Source: a virus
Length of the DNA: 64,000 nucleotides
Reading direction: 5' to 3' (one strand)
Virus record (IMG/VR): IMGVR_UViG_3300028844_006278
Each line of letters begins with the position of its first letter. Positions within the stretch are counted from its first letter, which is position 1. The notes below the pieces were generated by a model, which was not told where the DNA came from, did not search any database, and saw only the letters and a program-made list of their open reading frames with translations. The position numbers and the translations under genes are program-made. This document shows positions 47,158-56,439 of this stretch, piece by piece.

Positions 47158-48729
47158 CTAGGACCCCTCGGACACAGCGATGTTTACATCAGACGGGAAG
47201 CAGAAGAACTGGCAGTTCTCGAAGGATATTCCGGTATCCGTGGGAGGCTTTACGTAGTTCTGGCTGCTTGTGTACGCCGTACTGCCGTCTGGGAGATACA
47301 AGGTGGCCCGAAGGTTAATCGGCATCCTCACGGTCCCCTCAGGAGACAGTCTCTGACATGCGCTCGCCAAATCTGACGTGTACAGCGCCTCGATTCCAAT
47401 TGGCTTTCCGTTGATAACATCAGCCACAGCTTGTTGGAACTCGGCAGCCTCTGGAACGATAACTCCGGATCTGTGGGATATGTCGATGTCGGCCTCTATA
47501 ACTATAGGGATCACCGCCTTTACCACGTGATCGAACACCATGCTCCGGACGCCCTCGCCGTTTAGGAAGTCCTGTGTCTCGGAGACTCCCGGCATGTACA
47601 GAACTCGCGCAGTGAAGATAGCCTCAGTAGCGCTGGGATCTCCGATGTCTGCCTCGAATGCTACTGTCAGTGTCTGGTACTTGCTATATCGAGCCTGGGC
47701 TGCCGATTCGACTAGCGGCCAGCCTCCGGTAGCGGAGTAGCCGACCGTGCTCTGTAGGCCGGCGTTGATGAGCTGGTTGTCGTAGGTAATCTGAGTAACC
47801 GCGTACGCTCCCGCAAAGGAGGCGGCAGGTACTTCCAGTTCCCACGAACCGTCGTCTTGTTTGTGCGCTGTGATTGGGGCATCCTGCGCGACCGGCACTA
47901 CTGCGGTCCGGATATAGGCATCTACGCGTCCGCCGGAGCTTATTCCTCCGTTATTGACCGAGTCCCGGGTCTGCAAGGCATCTCCCATTCCGAATACTCT
48001 AGCGTCCTGTACGATAAGGTCCTCGTTGCTGACTAGGAACTGCTGGATGTTATCCTTGCCTGTAAGGACCTTCGCATTCACACCTAGGCGAGCCCTATCT
48101 AGCAGCTGAGCGTTTGTCTCCTCGGCAGAGCCTCCTGTAAAGGTGGATCCTATCTCGACGGACGAGACATTAGAGTCGGAGACGTCGGACGTACAAGGGA
48201 GGCCGGCCGACAGTGTTGACGTTAGAGGCTCTACCGTGCTGGCTTGGATGGAGAACACCTTACGGCCGCCACCTAGATCGACGAACGGCACGTACGTTAC
48301 AGTATCTGTGTCCTCGTACACCGTGGTTCCCGCCACACCGACATACGACTTCAATGGTCTGATAGAGACGCCGCTACATATAAATGAAGCTGAGGCCGGG
48401 ATGTAGATGTTGTTGTTCCCGTTAGTGTAGATGTTGAGGGATCCCGAGGCGGACGATCCCTCCTTCCGGGTGACATTGTAGTTAGACAGGAGGTTATCCA
48501 CTAACTCGTCGTCCGGGGAGTCTGAGTTAAGGACCTGTGCTAGGGAGTAGTTGTCCCGCACGGTCTCTAGGTCTACGTCCTGCTTTGCAAAGTAATAGGA
48601 CGCAGGCTTGATCAGCAGCTCGAACAACACAGTGCCGGTAGACACGTCTATTGTCGGATAGGTCTCCGTTAGTAGCTGCTGGAGCTCTGTTGCTATTCTA
48701 TCCTGCTTCTCTGAGAAAGACTCATCCAT
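47158..48729 (-). CDS. Baseplate J-like (gp6-like) wedge protein
   Basis: DVSTGTVLFELLIKP, DNLLSNYNVTRKEGSSASG, FTGGSAEETNAQLLDRA, GRVDAYI. Confidence 0.85.
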   Translation of the reverse strand: MDESFSEKQDRIATELQQLLTETYPTIDVSTGTVLFELLIKPASYYFAKQDVDLETVRDNYSLAQVLNSDSPDDELVDNLLSNYNVTRKEGSSASGSLNIYTNGNNNIYIPASASFICSGVSIRPLKSYVGVAGTTVYEDTDTVTYVPFVDLGGGRKVFSIQASTVEPLTSTLSAGLPCTSDVSDSNVSSVEIGSTFTGGSAEETNAQLLDRARLGVNAKVLTGKDNIQQFLVSNEDLIVQDARVFGMGDALQTRDSVNNGGISSGGRVDAYIRTAVVPVAQDAPITAHKQDDGSWELEVPAASFAGAYAVTQITYDNQLINAGLQSTVGYSATGGWPLVESAAQARYSKYQTLTVAFEADIGDPSATEAIFTARVLYMPGVSETQDFLNGEGVRSMVFDHVVKAVIPIVIEADIDISHRSGVIVPEAAEFQQAVADVINGKPIGIEALYTSDLASACQRLSPEGTVRMPINLRATLYLPDGSTAYTSSQNYVKPPTDTGISFENCQFFCFPSDVNIAVSEGS

Positions 48730-49153
48730 TAGACTGCTCCGCGCTGATATTATCGATAGGGACGTTAACCGTAAAGAACTCGCCCGCCAGTGACTCTATC
48801 GTAAGATCTACGGCAACGGTACCTCTATCTGTGGTAGTGGCTTGAACCCTATATGACGACAGCTGCTCATCTGCAGATACATCTGCCGGGTACGTGAGCT
48901 CTAGGTCGTCTTTTACTTTATCCAGGGCTAATGTGAAAAGGTTGTTTAGGAAATCCGGACGACTGTTAGCAGAAATAGTCTCTGTGGCCAGGTTGGTTCC
49001 TATCCCAAGATTCGTAGAGACCGAGGAGTCCGTAAATAGAAGGACCAGTATCTTCTGCACCAGCTTATAGATGCCGTCGTTCGCAAGGTTCGCGATCCGT
49101 AGATCCGACACTGAGTCTGCAGGGTCTCCTAGTATAGCTAGATCTAAGCTCAT
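48722..49153 (-). CDS. gp25/GpW-like baseplate protein
   Basis: GIYKLVQKILVLLFTD...GT, DEQL, size and position before baseplate J. Confidence 0.6.
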   Translation of the reverse strand: MSLDLAILGDPADSVSDLRIANLANDGIYKLVQKILVLLFTDSSVSTNLGIGTNLATETISANSRPDFLNNLFTLALDKVKDDLELTYPADVSADEQLSSYRVQATTTDRGTVAVDLTIESLAGEFFTVNVPIDNISAEQSNG

Positions 49154-49572
49154 CCTGCCAGCCTCACGTCCCCTACAAGGGAGTTGGTGTTATCCAAGTA
49201 CTCCGGATTTGCCCGAGTACCTATCTCCGGTAGTAGTGCCTGTAGCACTCCTCCTGCATCTATGGCCCGGCGCTTACTGGTGAATATGCCTGCCCACTTA
49301 CTTATACGGTTACATCGTCCGCTCTCGTATGCACGCTGATAGTTCGCAAGAAAGGCGTTCGCCTCTAGCGCATTAATCAGAGTAGCCTGCCGGACAGAGG
49401 CTGTGTTTGCCAGAATGGAGATAAGCTCTCCGATATTCTGAGACAGCCACTGCGGAGTAAGCGCGACCTGCAGAGCTTCAAACGTGTCGTCCGATGCATC
49501 TAGACCCAGGATCTGGTCGATCTCGGCCGAATACTGGTCCGCTAGCAGTCTGCATAGCTCCCGTGGTGTCAT
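49150..49572 (-). CDS. Hypothetical protein
   Basis: 140 aa, coupled overlaps. Confidence 0.7.
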   Translation of the reverse strand: MTPRELCRLLADQYSAEIDQILGLDASDDTFEALQVALTPQWLSQNIGELISILANTASVRQATLINALEANAFLANYQRAYESGRCNRISKWAGIFTSKRRAIDAGGVLQALLPEIGTRANPEYLDNTNSLVGDVRLAG

Positions 49573-50285
49573 GCCTTAACCTCCTCTAACTTCTGAACGA
49601 TCTTAGATACCCGCTGACTGATAGCTGGCTGAGATATGCCTAGCTTTGTAGCGATCTCCTTCTTACTTAGACGCGCTGCTCCGTTATATCCCGTAGTCCA
49701 CTCGAAGATCTTCTTATCTTTCTCTCCGAGATCGAAATACACGTAGTCGACCCATATATCTGAGGCGCTCTTCGACTTGCCAGCTAGATCACCTTTATCG
49801 GAGAGCGCTCGAGAGGTCGGAGCCTCCTTCAGTCTGGTTCTGTTTATCCGTTCCACAGATATGGACAATCCGTCCGCGATCGCTGTGTCGCTGGGTTCGC
49901 GTCCGTGAATGTCGGTATACTCTCGCGTGAACTCGTCCACTTGTCTGCGGTCGGTATGGGTCTGCTCTGGGAAGTGTAGGGCGTTCTGTCGCTTTGCCTT
50001 GATTCGGTTCAGGCGGCGTAGATGGTTGTAGACGTGCGTATTGAGAGCCGCGCCTCTGGTGGGATCGTAGCTCTTTATAGCATCTACAGCGAGGACACGC
50101 GCCTTTGTACGATACGCCTTATCTCCGCCTGCGTGCGCGGTAAGGCCGGACTTAACGGCGGGCTCTACCTCTTTTAGCACCGCATATAGATTATCGTCTG
50201 TAGGTGACTTCTTCCATTTCTCGAACGACTCCGGACCTGTTAGCTCGGATGTCTTCCTAAATTGTCCTTTGAGGCCGGGATGCAT
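49569..50285 (-). CDS. Phage-encoded sigma-70 family factor (FliA/SigF-like, regions 2-4)
   Basis: AIKSYDPTRGAALNTHV (region 2), GREPSDTAIADGLSIS (region 3), LSKKEIATKLGISQPAISQR (region 4 HTH). Confidence 0.85.
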   Translation of the reverse strand: MHPGLKGQFRKTSELTGPESFEKWKKSPTDDNLYAVLKEVEPAVKSGLTAHAGGDKAYRTKARVLAVDAIKSYDPTRGAALNTHVYNHLRRLNRIKAKRQNALHFPEQTHTDRRQVDEFTREYTDIHGREPSDTAIADGLSISVERINRTRLKEAPTSRALSDKGDLAGKSKSASDIWVDYVYFDLGEKDKKIFEWTTGYNGAARLSKKEIATKLGISQPAISQRVSKIVQKLEEVKA

Positions 50286-50301
50286 AGTATCTCTCTCGTC
50301 T

Positions 50302-51891
50302 CTAATTGTTGAACTGTGTATGTTCCGGCAGTTCTGACAGAAGTGTGCCGGACAGGTCCATACCTACCCACGAGGCCTCGTACAAAGGCTCACCGTCTGA
50401 AGTGAATCTGTCGGAATCGTTATCCTCTTTAGTCCTCAGACCGCCCAGTGTAATATCGGTATGGATAAACGGCTGGCCGCCTTGGCCCGCATCGCACGTA
50501 AAAATAGTCCTCACTACCTGTCCGACATACGACACGCCTCCCAGGGCAGATACAGGAGATCCGTCGTCGAACAGGCCCTTTACCTCTAAGATAGATCCCG
50601 GCATTATGTCTACCCGAAACGGCACCCTCACAGTAGCTGCGGTATTCTTTACCTGTTCCTCTCCGAATGCCGTTCGAAGGACTTTGGTAGATATAGCTCC
50701 TGCATTCTCGGCCGCCTCTCCTAAGGTGGCCGTAGAGTCCGAAGGAGCGTTCAGCAAACTTCTCAGCGGGATAAGGAACCGGGGATATGTCTTCTGGAAG
50801 TAGTAGGTGTTAGGTAGAGGCTTCCCGTCCTCTGTCGTCGGGAAGAATAGGGTATTTCTGATAGCTCCAACCAATGCGATGACATTCTCTTTTACGATGC
50901 GTACTCCGCGTACTTGCTGGTTAATATCTGCGCGCTTTGTGCGGGATACGGTAACGTACTCCGAAGGTCTGAGGGAGGTAGTTACGTTCTTATTTAGCGG
51001 ATAGGCTGCTGCAATGTAGAGTCCTTGGGCATACGGCAGGATACGTATATTGAAGTACGCACACACTCTCTTCAGGGCATCCAAGCAGTTAGACGACCTC
51101 CATTGCTCGAGGAATGCTTCCACTGCCTCCCTACCTATAGTTGTAGCGAGAAGCTCCGTGGCAGGTATACTCGTAAGGTTGGTCGGGTCATACGTCTTTA
51201 TTAAGTCTGCCTCTGCAGATCCGTCGCCTCGGTCGAACTCGCTGTGCAGGGCCTGCACTGCCTTCTTTAGCACTCTAGCTGGATACAAGGCCTCCGAGGG
51301 GCCCAGCTGTAGCGACTGCTCCCCCACCTCCTCGGATACTCCTAGCAGGCTGTCCGTTATCGCCTGTGTACGCAGAGGGTTCTTTGCGGCGGGCTGCAGA
51401 TTCAGATCCAAGTCTGTGCCTCCACCCGCATAGACATATGTGCTACTGGCTGCTCCACCAAGAATGCTGGCGATATGGGCTATCTCCAAATTTATTGATA
51501 CCCGATTGGAGGGGCCGGACGCGCTGTCCTGAAGACTAACTGTCGAGACGATTCCTCGTATTACGGTGACTCTACGAGGCGCTCCGATCTCCTCTCCGGG
51601 GAACCGCAGAAGTACTACGAGTTCGCACGGGGCTCCCTCTAGTTTAGCCTGCAGCTCTCCGTCCATCGATAGCCGGCTACCTACTCCTATGCGTGTACCG
51701 AATGCAGGGACTGCGCGGGCAGTAGGTAAGCTATTTACCTCGTAGCTGGCGGAGAACGACGTGAGGGGTAACGTCTCGTAGGGCTCAGACTCGAATACAC
51801 TGGTCCCTAACGGCTCAGCCGGGTCCGCCTCGTATATCTCGAGGTAGCTGTCCTCGATCTTATATCGTTTGAAGTTAAGCTGAGGAGGCAT
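50302..51891 (-). CDS. Putative baseplate hub (gp27/GpD-like) protein
   Basis: Likely start ATG 51891; FSASYEVNSLP, VPFRVDIMPGSILEV...YVGQV; position after tape measure. Confidence 0.5.
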   Translation of the reverse strand: MPPQLNFKRYKIEDSYLEIYEADPAEPLGTSVFESEPYETLPLTSFSASYEVNSLPTARAVPAFGTRIGVGSRLSMDGELQAKLEGAPCELVVLLRFPGEEIGAPRRVTVIRGIVSTVSLQDSASGPSNRVSINLEIAHIASILGGAASSTYVYAGGGTDLDLNLQPAAKNPLRTQAITDSLLGVSEEVGEQSLQLGPSEALYPARVLKKAVQALHSEFDRGDGSAEADLIKTYDPTNLTSIPATELLATTIGREAVEAFLEQWRSSNCLDALKRVCAYFNIRILPYAQGLYIAAAYPLNKNVTTSLRPSEYVTVSRTKRADINQQVRGVRIVKENVIALVGAIRNTLFFPTTEDGKPLPNTYYFQKTYPRFLIPLRSLLNAPSDSTATLGEAAENAGAISTKVLRTAFGEEQVKNTAATVRVPFRVDIMPGSILEVKGLFDDGSPVSALGGVSYVGQVVRTIFTCDAGQGGQPFIHTDITLGGLRTKEDNDSDRFTSDGEPLYEASWVGMDLSGTLLSELPEHTQFNN

Positions 51892-52594
51892 TGTGGCAGA
51901 GCTCCACAGCAGATATCGCAAATGCTGCCAGTTTATTAGACCACAGGGGATCTGATTTCCACGTATCCTCCAGGTCCGGGTCGGACCATGCGGCGGGTAT
52001 GGCTGCCGCCTTGGATAATAGGTCCGCGTAATCTGTCTTTGGCAGGACGGTCTTAGACACGGTGAACTCGTACGGCGATGCTGATGCAAAGTCGCTCTGC
52101 ATACGAACCCGTACCCCTGGATAGATCGTCACATATGAGCTTAGGTTCCCGGTAACGGTGTACGATCCAGACGTCCACTCTGAGGACACTGTATTCGTAG
52201 TGGTGTCTATCGAGCAGGACATGGATACCGAGGCCCGTCCTTCATCTAAGAATACCTCGTCATCAGAGAACAGGAAGATCCGCAGATCTGTAGGCTGAGC
52301 AGTAATCTCTATTGACAGGTCCGAGCTCGGGAAAGTCAGAGTAGCCTTGTCGTAGGTATTTACCGGATCGATGGCCTGTAGTCTATCGGCGAAGGGGGAT
52401 CGGCGGACGAGCTCGAGAATACCCTCTGCCCGATGAGATCTAAGTAGGTCGTCCGAGAACGGACATAGGATGTCCAGCATACGCACTGCTGCGGCAGATG
52501 AATCTGTGTACGCCGATGCATCTACTTTACGAGAGGAGGTAGGGTCTGCGTATGCGGAGCCTTTGGAGAGTACGGACCAGGCTTGGTTAATCAT
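51875..52594 (-). CDS. Hypothetical structural protein
   Basis: Likely start ATG 52594 (AAGGA upstream); ORF track extends to 52645. Confidence 0.65.
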   Translation of the reverse strand: MINQAWSVLSKGSAYADPTSSRKVDASAYTDSSAAAVRMLDILCPFSDDLLRSHRAEGILELVRRSPFADRLQAIDPVNTYDKATLTFPSSDLSIEITAQPTDLRIFLFSDDEVFLDEGRASVSMSCSIDTTTNTVSSEWTSGSYTVTGNLSSYVTIYPGVRVRMQSDFASASPYEFTVSKTVLPKTDYADLLSKAAAIPAAWSDPDLEDTWKSDPLWSNKLAAFAISAVELCHNASSA

Positions 52595-52636
52595 CTTTAC
52601 ATATGTCCTTGTGTTAGTGTCCGACGTACGGACGCA

Positions 52637-52658
52637 ATCTAGCATACGTATGCTAGAT
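52637..52658. promoter_or_regulatory. Perfect 22-bp palindrome
   Basis: ATCTAGCATACGTATGCTAGAT at a gene junction. Confidence 0.6.
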
Positions 52659-53158
52659 CACGCACCTCCGCCGTTCTGTTTTATGCGGCCTAGGAGCTGT
52701 AAGCTGAACCGCATCTGCCCTACGTCGGATTTCGAGAACGATGGAATATTCATAGATATGATGTAGGCCTCGACTACCAATCCGCTGAAGGATAGCTTCA
52801 CCGATTTGTTGTCCGGGCTGGCGATATTGTATTTTTCGTACAGCTTGTAGAATCCCGGAGGATCGTTAGGCGTGCCTTGTTGGGCCGCGTCGCCGTTCGG
52901 ACATCGCTTAGCGGGCACAAATACCCCGTCCAGCGTCCACGACGACAATCTCTGGCTAAAGACGTTAAGATAGGCATCTGGGCCCAGGCTATACATAATC
53001 TGATAATTCGGAGCTACACTTCCTCCGAAGTTACTCACGAACAGATCTCCGTCTAGCTCCGCTCCATCTACGTCGGATATGGTGAGTAAGGATTTGCCAT
53101 CTCCGTACTTATCCAAACCTACCGAGATCTGAGGTTCTTCGTATAGCGGCGTTCTCAT
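52658..53158 (-). CDS. Tail tube-like/tube initiator protein
   Basis: Beta-rich 166 aa directly after tape measure. Confidence 0.45.
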   Translation of the reverse strand: MRTPLYEEPQISVGLDKYGDGKSLLTISDVDGAELDGDLFVSNFGGSVAPNYQIMYSLGPDAYLNVFSQRLSSWTLDGVFVPAKRCPNGDAAQQGTPNDPPGFYKLYEKYNIASPDNKSVKLSFSGLVVEAYIISMNIPSFSKSDVGQMRFSLQLLGRIKQNGGGA

Positions 53159-55518
53159 TACACTCCTCCTCCAGTCTTTACGGTTCCTTGATCGCCGGCC
53201 GGGTTATTAACCATAAGACCTAGGAGACTTGCCAGCGTATTGAGTACCGCTATAAGTTTAGCAGTCCAGTCCGTATTCTCGTCCTCATATGCGGCGTCGT
53301 ATACGTTCTTCTTCTCCCGGGCAGTCTGTCCGTAGGCTTTCATAAAGTCTGACCTGCTCATCATGCCTTTTTCGCCGAACTTAAACTCGCCGCCGGTCTT
53401 GAGCGCCTCTCTATAGGCCGCGGCTGTTTCGAAGAAGCTGGCTTCTTGATCATCGTCTAGTCCGGCTATTTCGAACGAGTCTTTATCTAAAGACCCTATC
53501 GCCCCAAGCGCTAAGTATTTTGCAGCGTCCTGCTTATCGCTGATAGAGACGCCGTTCAGTCCTCCTTCCGACTCTGTCAGCGCCTCTATCATACTTTTGT
53601 TTAATTCTCCGGGTGCCGAGACTTTAGCCGCGAATGCCCGGGCGGCGGACTGCTGATCTTCTAGTGTTTCTGCGGAGAAGATAGCTCTAGCAGCTAGTTG
53701 TTGGTCGGCAGTCATTCTGTTTCCGGCAATCTTATTAGTAACCAAGGCGCTTGCCGCTAAAGATGCAGAGTCTGCCGCTAAGCCGCCTCCTTTTTGTAGG
53801 CCCTCGAGTCCGCTGAAATAGTTCTTGAAATCGCCTCCTTCTAGATCCGCGTTGCCGGTTAGGAGGCGGTAGATATTCTTATCGCTATTTGCTAGATCAC
53901 CGCTCTGAGCCATCTCTATGATCGCCCCTAGTCCAAATGCCTTTCCTTTACCGGACACTGCATCTTTGAACTCGGTCTGCTCTTGGATGCTGTCCCGTAT
54001 CCTACCCAGCTCAGCGTCGTTGCGAATAGACGAGGCGTATTTATCCAGAGCCTCTGCTCCTTGGAATCCCATAGCTCTGGCCTGTACTCCGAATGCTCGC
54101 CGCAGAGCTCCTCGTCCCGCTACGTCTAGCCCTAGGCCTTCTGCGATGTTGGACATAGTCATAGGGCCTGTTATGCCGGAAACTGCTTCTGCCCCGTACA
54201 CACGAGTAAGGTAGTTACGTCGAGTATCGTCCAGCGCGGCAATCCCTCCGCGCATGGCCTCCAATCCTCCTACGCCGTCTTCAGCCCTCAGAGTTGCTGC
54301 TTCCTGGGAGAATCCGGCAGCTCGGATATCTTCGGCAGACAGTCCGGTAACTTCGGCGATATCTGATAAGCTGCGTATTTCTCCGTTGGCTACTCCCGCC
54401 TGTATTATCGCTTTTTGTTCTTCGTCTATGGCGTATGCCCCGGAGATATCTCTAGCGAAGTCGCTATACATAGCTCCGGTGGTCTGCTTCAAAAGGGTCC
54501 GGCGATACTGCGAAGAGTTTATGAACTTATTGGTGCCCGTAACACGTCCAACGGCCTCTTGCTCTGCGAAGAGCATGGCAGCCGACGCTGAGTTGAGAGA
54601 CCCTAGTCCGGCTCTATTAGACAGGCCCGCCGACTCTGCCATAGCCGCCTGAAGCTGAGAAGGGGAAGTGCTGGTAACAAATCCCGTGGTCCCCAGCCTC
54701 TGCGCTAAGGATCTGCCTGCGTCGTCGAAGGTCGCTGCAACGTCTGTACCCAGTAGCGAGTTCACACTGTCCATAACCTGCGTGACAGATCCCTGGAATA
54801 CAGACCGGAATTCCGAGATAGACTGGGAGGTCTTCTGCACTAGCGCGACTGTCTTTGCTTTTATGTCCTCCGCACTATCGTCTCCTGACAGTATGTCGGA
54901 GAACCCGCCCGTGCGCGCTAGTTCGGAGTATACGATCCCTACGTCTCGGCCCCTCATGCCTCCGTACGCTGATATGTTCGCGGGGAAATCTGCAGCTAAG
55001 CCCGTGGCCATGTTTCGGGCAATGCCTAAACGATCGTCGTCGGCGCCTCCGAATCCGGCCATAATGCCCATATATCTACCGCCGCTGCCGATGCCGGCCA
55101 GTAGTTGATCGGTCTGCAGTCGAGCGAACCCTGCTCCGGCAAGTAGTCCGAACGCATTGGATCCGGTAGCCGAAGGTCCTCCGAACATGTACGACGCAGC
55201 CTGGCTTGTGAATTTTTCCCGGGCTTTGTTTAGCTCTATATTGGCGTCTTCGTATACTGTCTGTATGACGTCGCGCTGGGCTTGGATGAAAAACTCGGAT
55301 CCGACATCAGTTGGTGCGAACATCCCCTGCGCGCCGAAGGCGTACGGATTTGAGTTATTTCCCCCGAACCTTGCGCTGGCCCCTAGATACTGCTCGAGCT
55401 TAGGAGTGAACGCCTGCACGATCTGGGCTGCTATTCCGGAGTCTCCGAAGATCTGGCTGAGCTTCTGGAGAAGGATCTCCATCTCGCTTACACCTGAATA
55501 GTCTTCTTGTGGAGGCAT
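53158..55518 (-). CDS. Tape measure protein
   Basis: 786 aa Ala/Gly-rich helical protein after the chaperone pair. Confidence 0.7.
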   Translation of the reverse strand: MPPQEDYSGVSEMEILLQKLSQIFGDSGIAAQIVQAFTPKLEQYLGASARFGGNNSNPYAFGAQGMFAPTDVGSEFFIQAQRDVIQTVYEDANIELNKAREKFTSQAASYMFGGPSATGSNAFGLLAGAGFARLQTDQLLAGIGSGGRYMGIMAGFGGADDDRLGIARNMATGLAADFPANISAYGGMRGRDVGIVYSELARTGGFSDILSGDDSAEDIKAKTVALVQKTSQSISEFRSVFQGSVTQVMDSVNSLLGTDVAATFDDAGRSLAQRLGTTGFVTSTSPSQLQAAMAESAGLSNRAGLGSLNSASAAMLFAEQEAVGRVTGTNKFINSSQYRRTLLKQTTGAMYSDFARDISGAYAIDEEQKAIIQAGVANGEIRSLSDIAEVTGLSAEDIRAAGFSQEAATLRAEDGVGGLEAMRGGIAALDDTRRNYLTRVYGAEAVSGITGPMTMSNIAEGLGLDVAGRGALRRAFGVQARAMGFQGAEALDKYASSIRNDAELGRIRDSIQEQTEFKDAVSGKGKAFGLGAIIEMAQSGDLANSDKNIYRLLTGNADLEGGDFKNYFSGLEGLQKGGGLAADSASLAASALVTNKIAGNRMTADQQLAARAIFSAETLEDQQSAARAFAAKVSAPGELNKSMIEALTESEGGLNGVSISDKQDAAKYLALGAIGSLDKDSFEIAGLDDDQEASFFETAAAYREALKTGGEFKFGEKGMMSRSDFMKAYGQTAREKKNVYDAAYEDENTDWTAKLIAVLNTLASLLGLMVNNPAGDQGTVKTGGGV

Positions 55519-55526
55519 ACTTTAGT

Positions 55527-55910
55527 CTACTCTGTATCCTTAAGGGGTTTTCCGGTGACCGCGTGCACAATCTCGTCGAAATTGTCGATAAGGTTCTGTA
55601 TTTCTGGAGATATCTCGGCTTGGCTGGGACTGTCCTCCGGGTCTTGCGATATCCACGGGAACTGGACGGCAGTCATCTTAGTTAAAACCGATTGTAGGTT
55701 TTCAAACTTCTGTTCCTGAATTATAGGCATAGCACCTACAGCCGAGGACCGGATATGGAGGGACTCCACTACCCGTCGTCGCTCGGCTTCCTCCAGCACG
55801 AGAGCCTCTCGCACTAGACTTTCAGGATCGTCTCTCGATATAGTCGAGAGGTCTAAGGCTCTGTCGTAGAAGGCGCTAACCGTTAGGCGAGCCCAGCGCC
55901 CTTCCAGAAA
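55527..55910 (-). CDS. Tail assembly chaperone GT extension (-1 frame)
   Basis: Frame is open upstream of GTG 55814 into the end of the previous gene: FLEGRWARLTVSAFYDRALDL... Confidence 0.6.
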   Translation of the reverse strand, partial: FLEGRWARLTVSAFYDRALDLSTISRDDPESLVREALVLEEAERRRVVESLHIRSSAVGAMPIIQEQKFENLQSVLTKMTAVQFPWISQDPEDSPSQAEISPEIQNLIDNFDEIVHAVTGKPLKDTE

Positions 55911-56410
55911 GATGCGTCCATTCCTGCTGAAGGGAGGGCCTCTGCGAGACGAAGGAACTCCATGAGCACCCGCGTAACGATGACCGGGATATCTTCCCCC
56001 AGGCTTCCGAATCGTTTATTGTGCTCGACTTCCCACTCTTTAGGATCGAAGTCCAGTTCGAACTTCGTGCCGTTGAACTCCCGGCAATAGTATAAGCACT
56101 TAATCTTAATGCTTTGGGTAATCACTGCAACCTGGTCGTCGGACTCTACGGCTACGAGCGCCGTCTTCATCTGCTGCGCTTCGTCGGACGTAAGCATATC
56201 GAACCGTAAACTGAGCTGTCCGTCGAATAGTCCGTACGTCTTGGAGAACACCTTTCCGGATAAGAGGGCTCGTACGTACTCCTTCTTCTCGGCCTCGGTA
56301 GGTGCGATGACTTCTTCGCCCTCTAATTTATGCTGGCAGCGAGGGCATTTAGCAGCAATCTTGTCTGGGACTTCCTCTGGGACGTCCTTTGTGACTTCGT
56401 CTGGGGGCAT
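55883..56410 (-). CDS. Tail assembly chaperone (G-like)
   Basis: Position before tape measure, acidic, overlapping -1 frame ORF. Confidence 0.6.
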   Translation of the reverse strand: MPPDEVTKDVPEEVPDKIAAKCPRCQHKLEGEEVIAPTEAEKKEYVRALLSGKVFSKTYGLFDGQLSLRFDMLTSDEAQQMKTALVAVESDDQVAVITQSIKIKCLYYCREFNGTKFELDFDPKEWEVEHNKRFGSLGEDIPVIVTRVLMEFLRLAEALPSAGMDASFWKGAGLA

Positions 56411-56439
56411 GATGTCTCCGGGTCTGGGTAATGTGTGGT

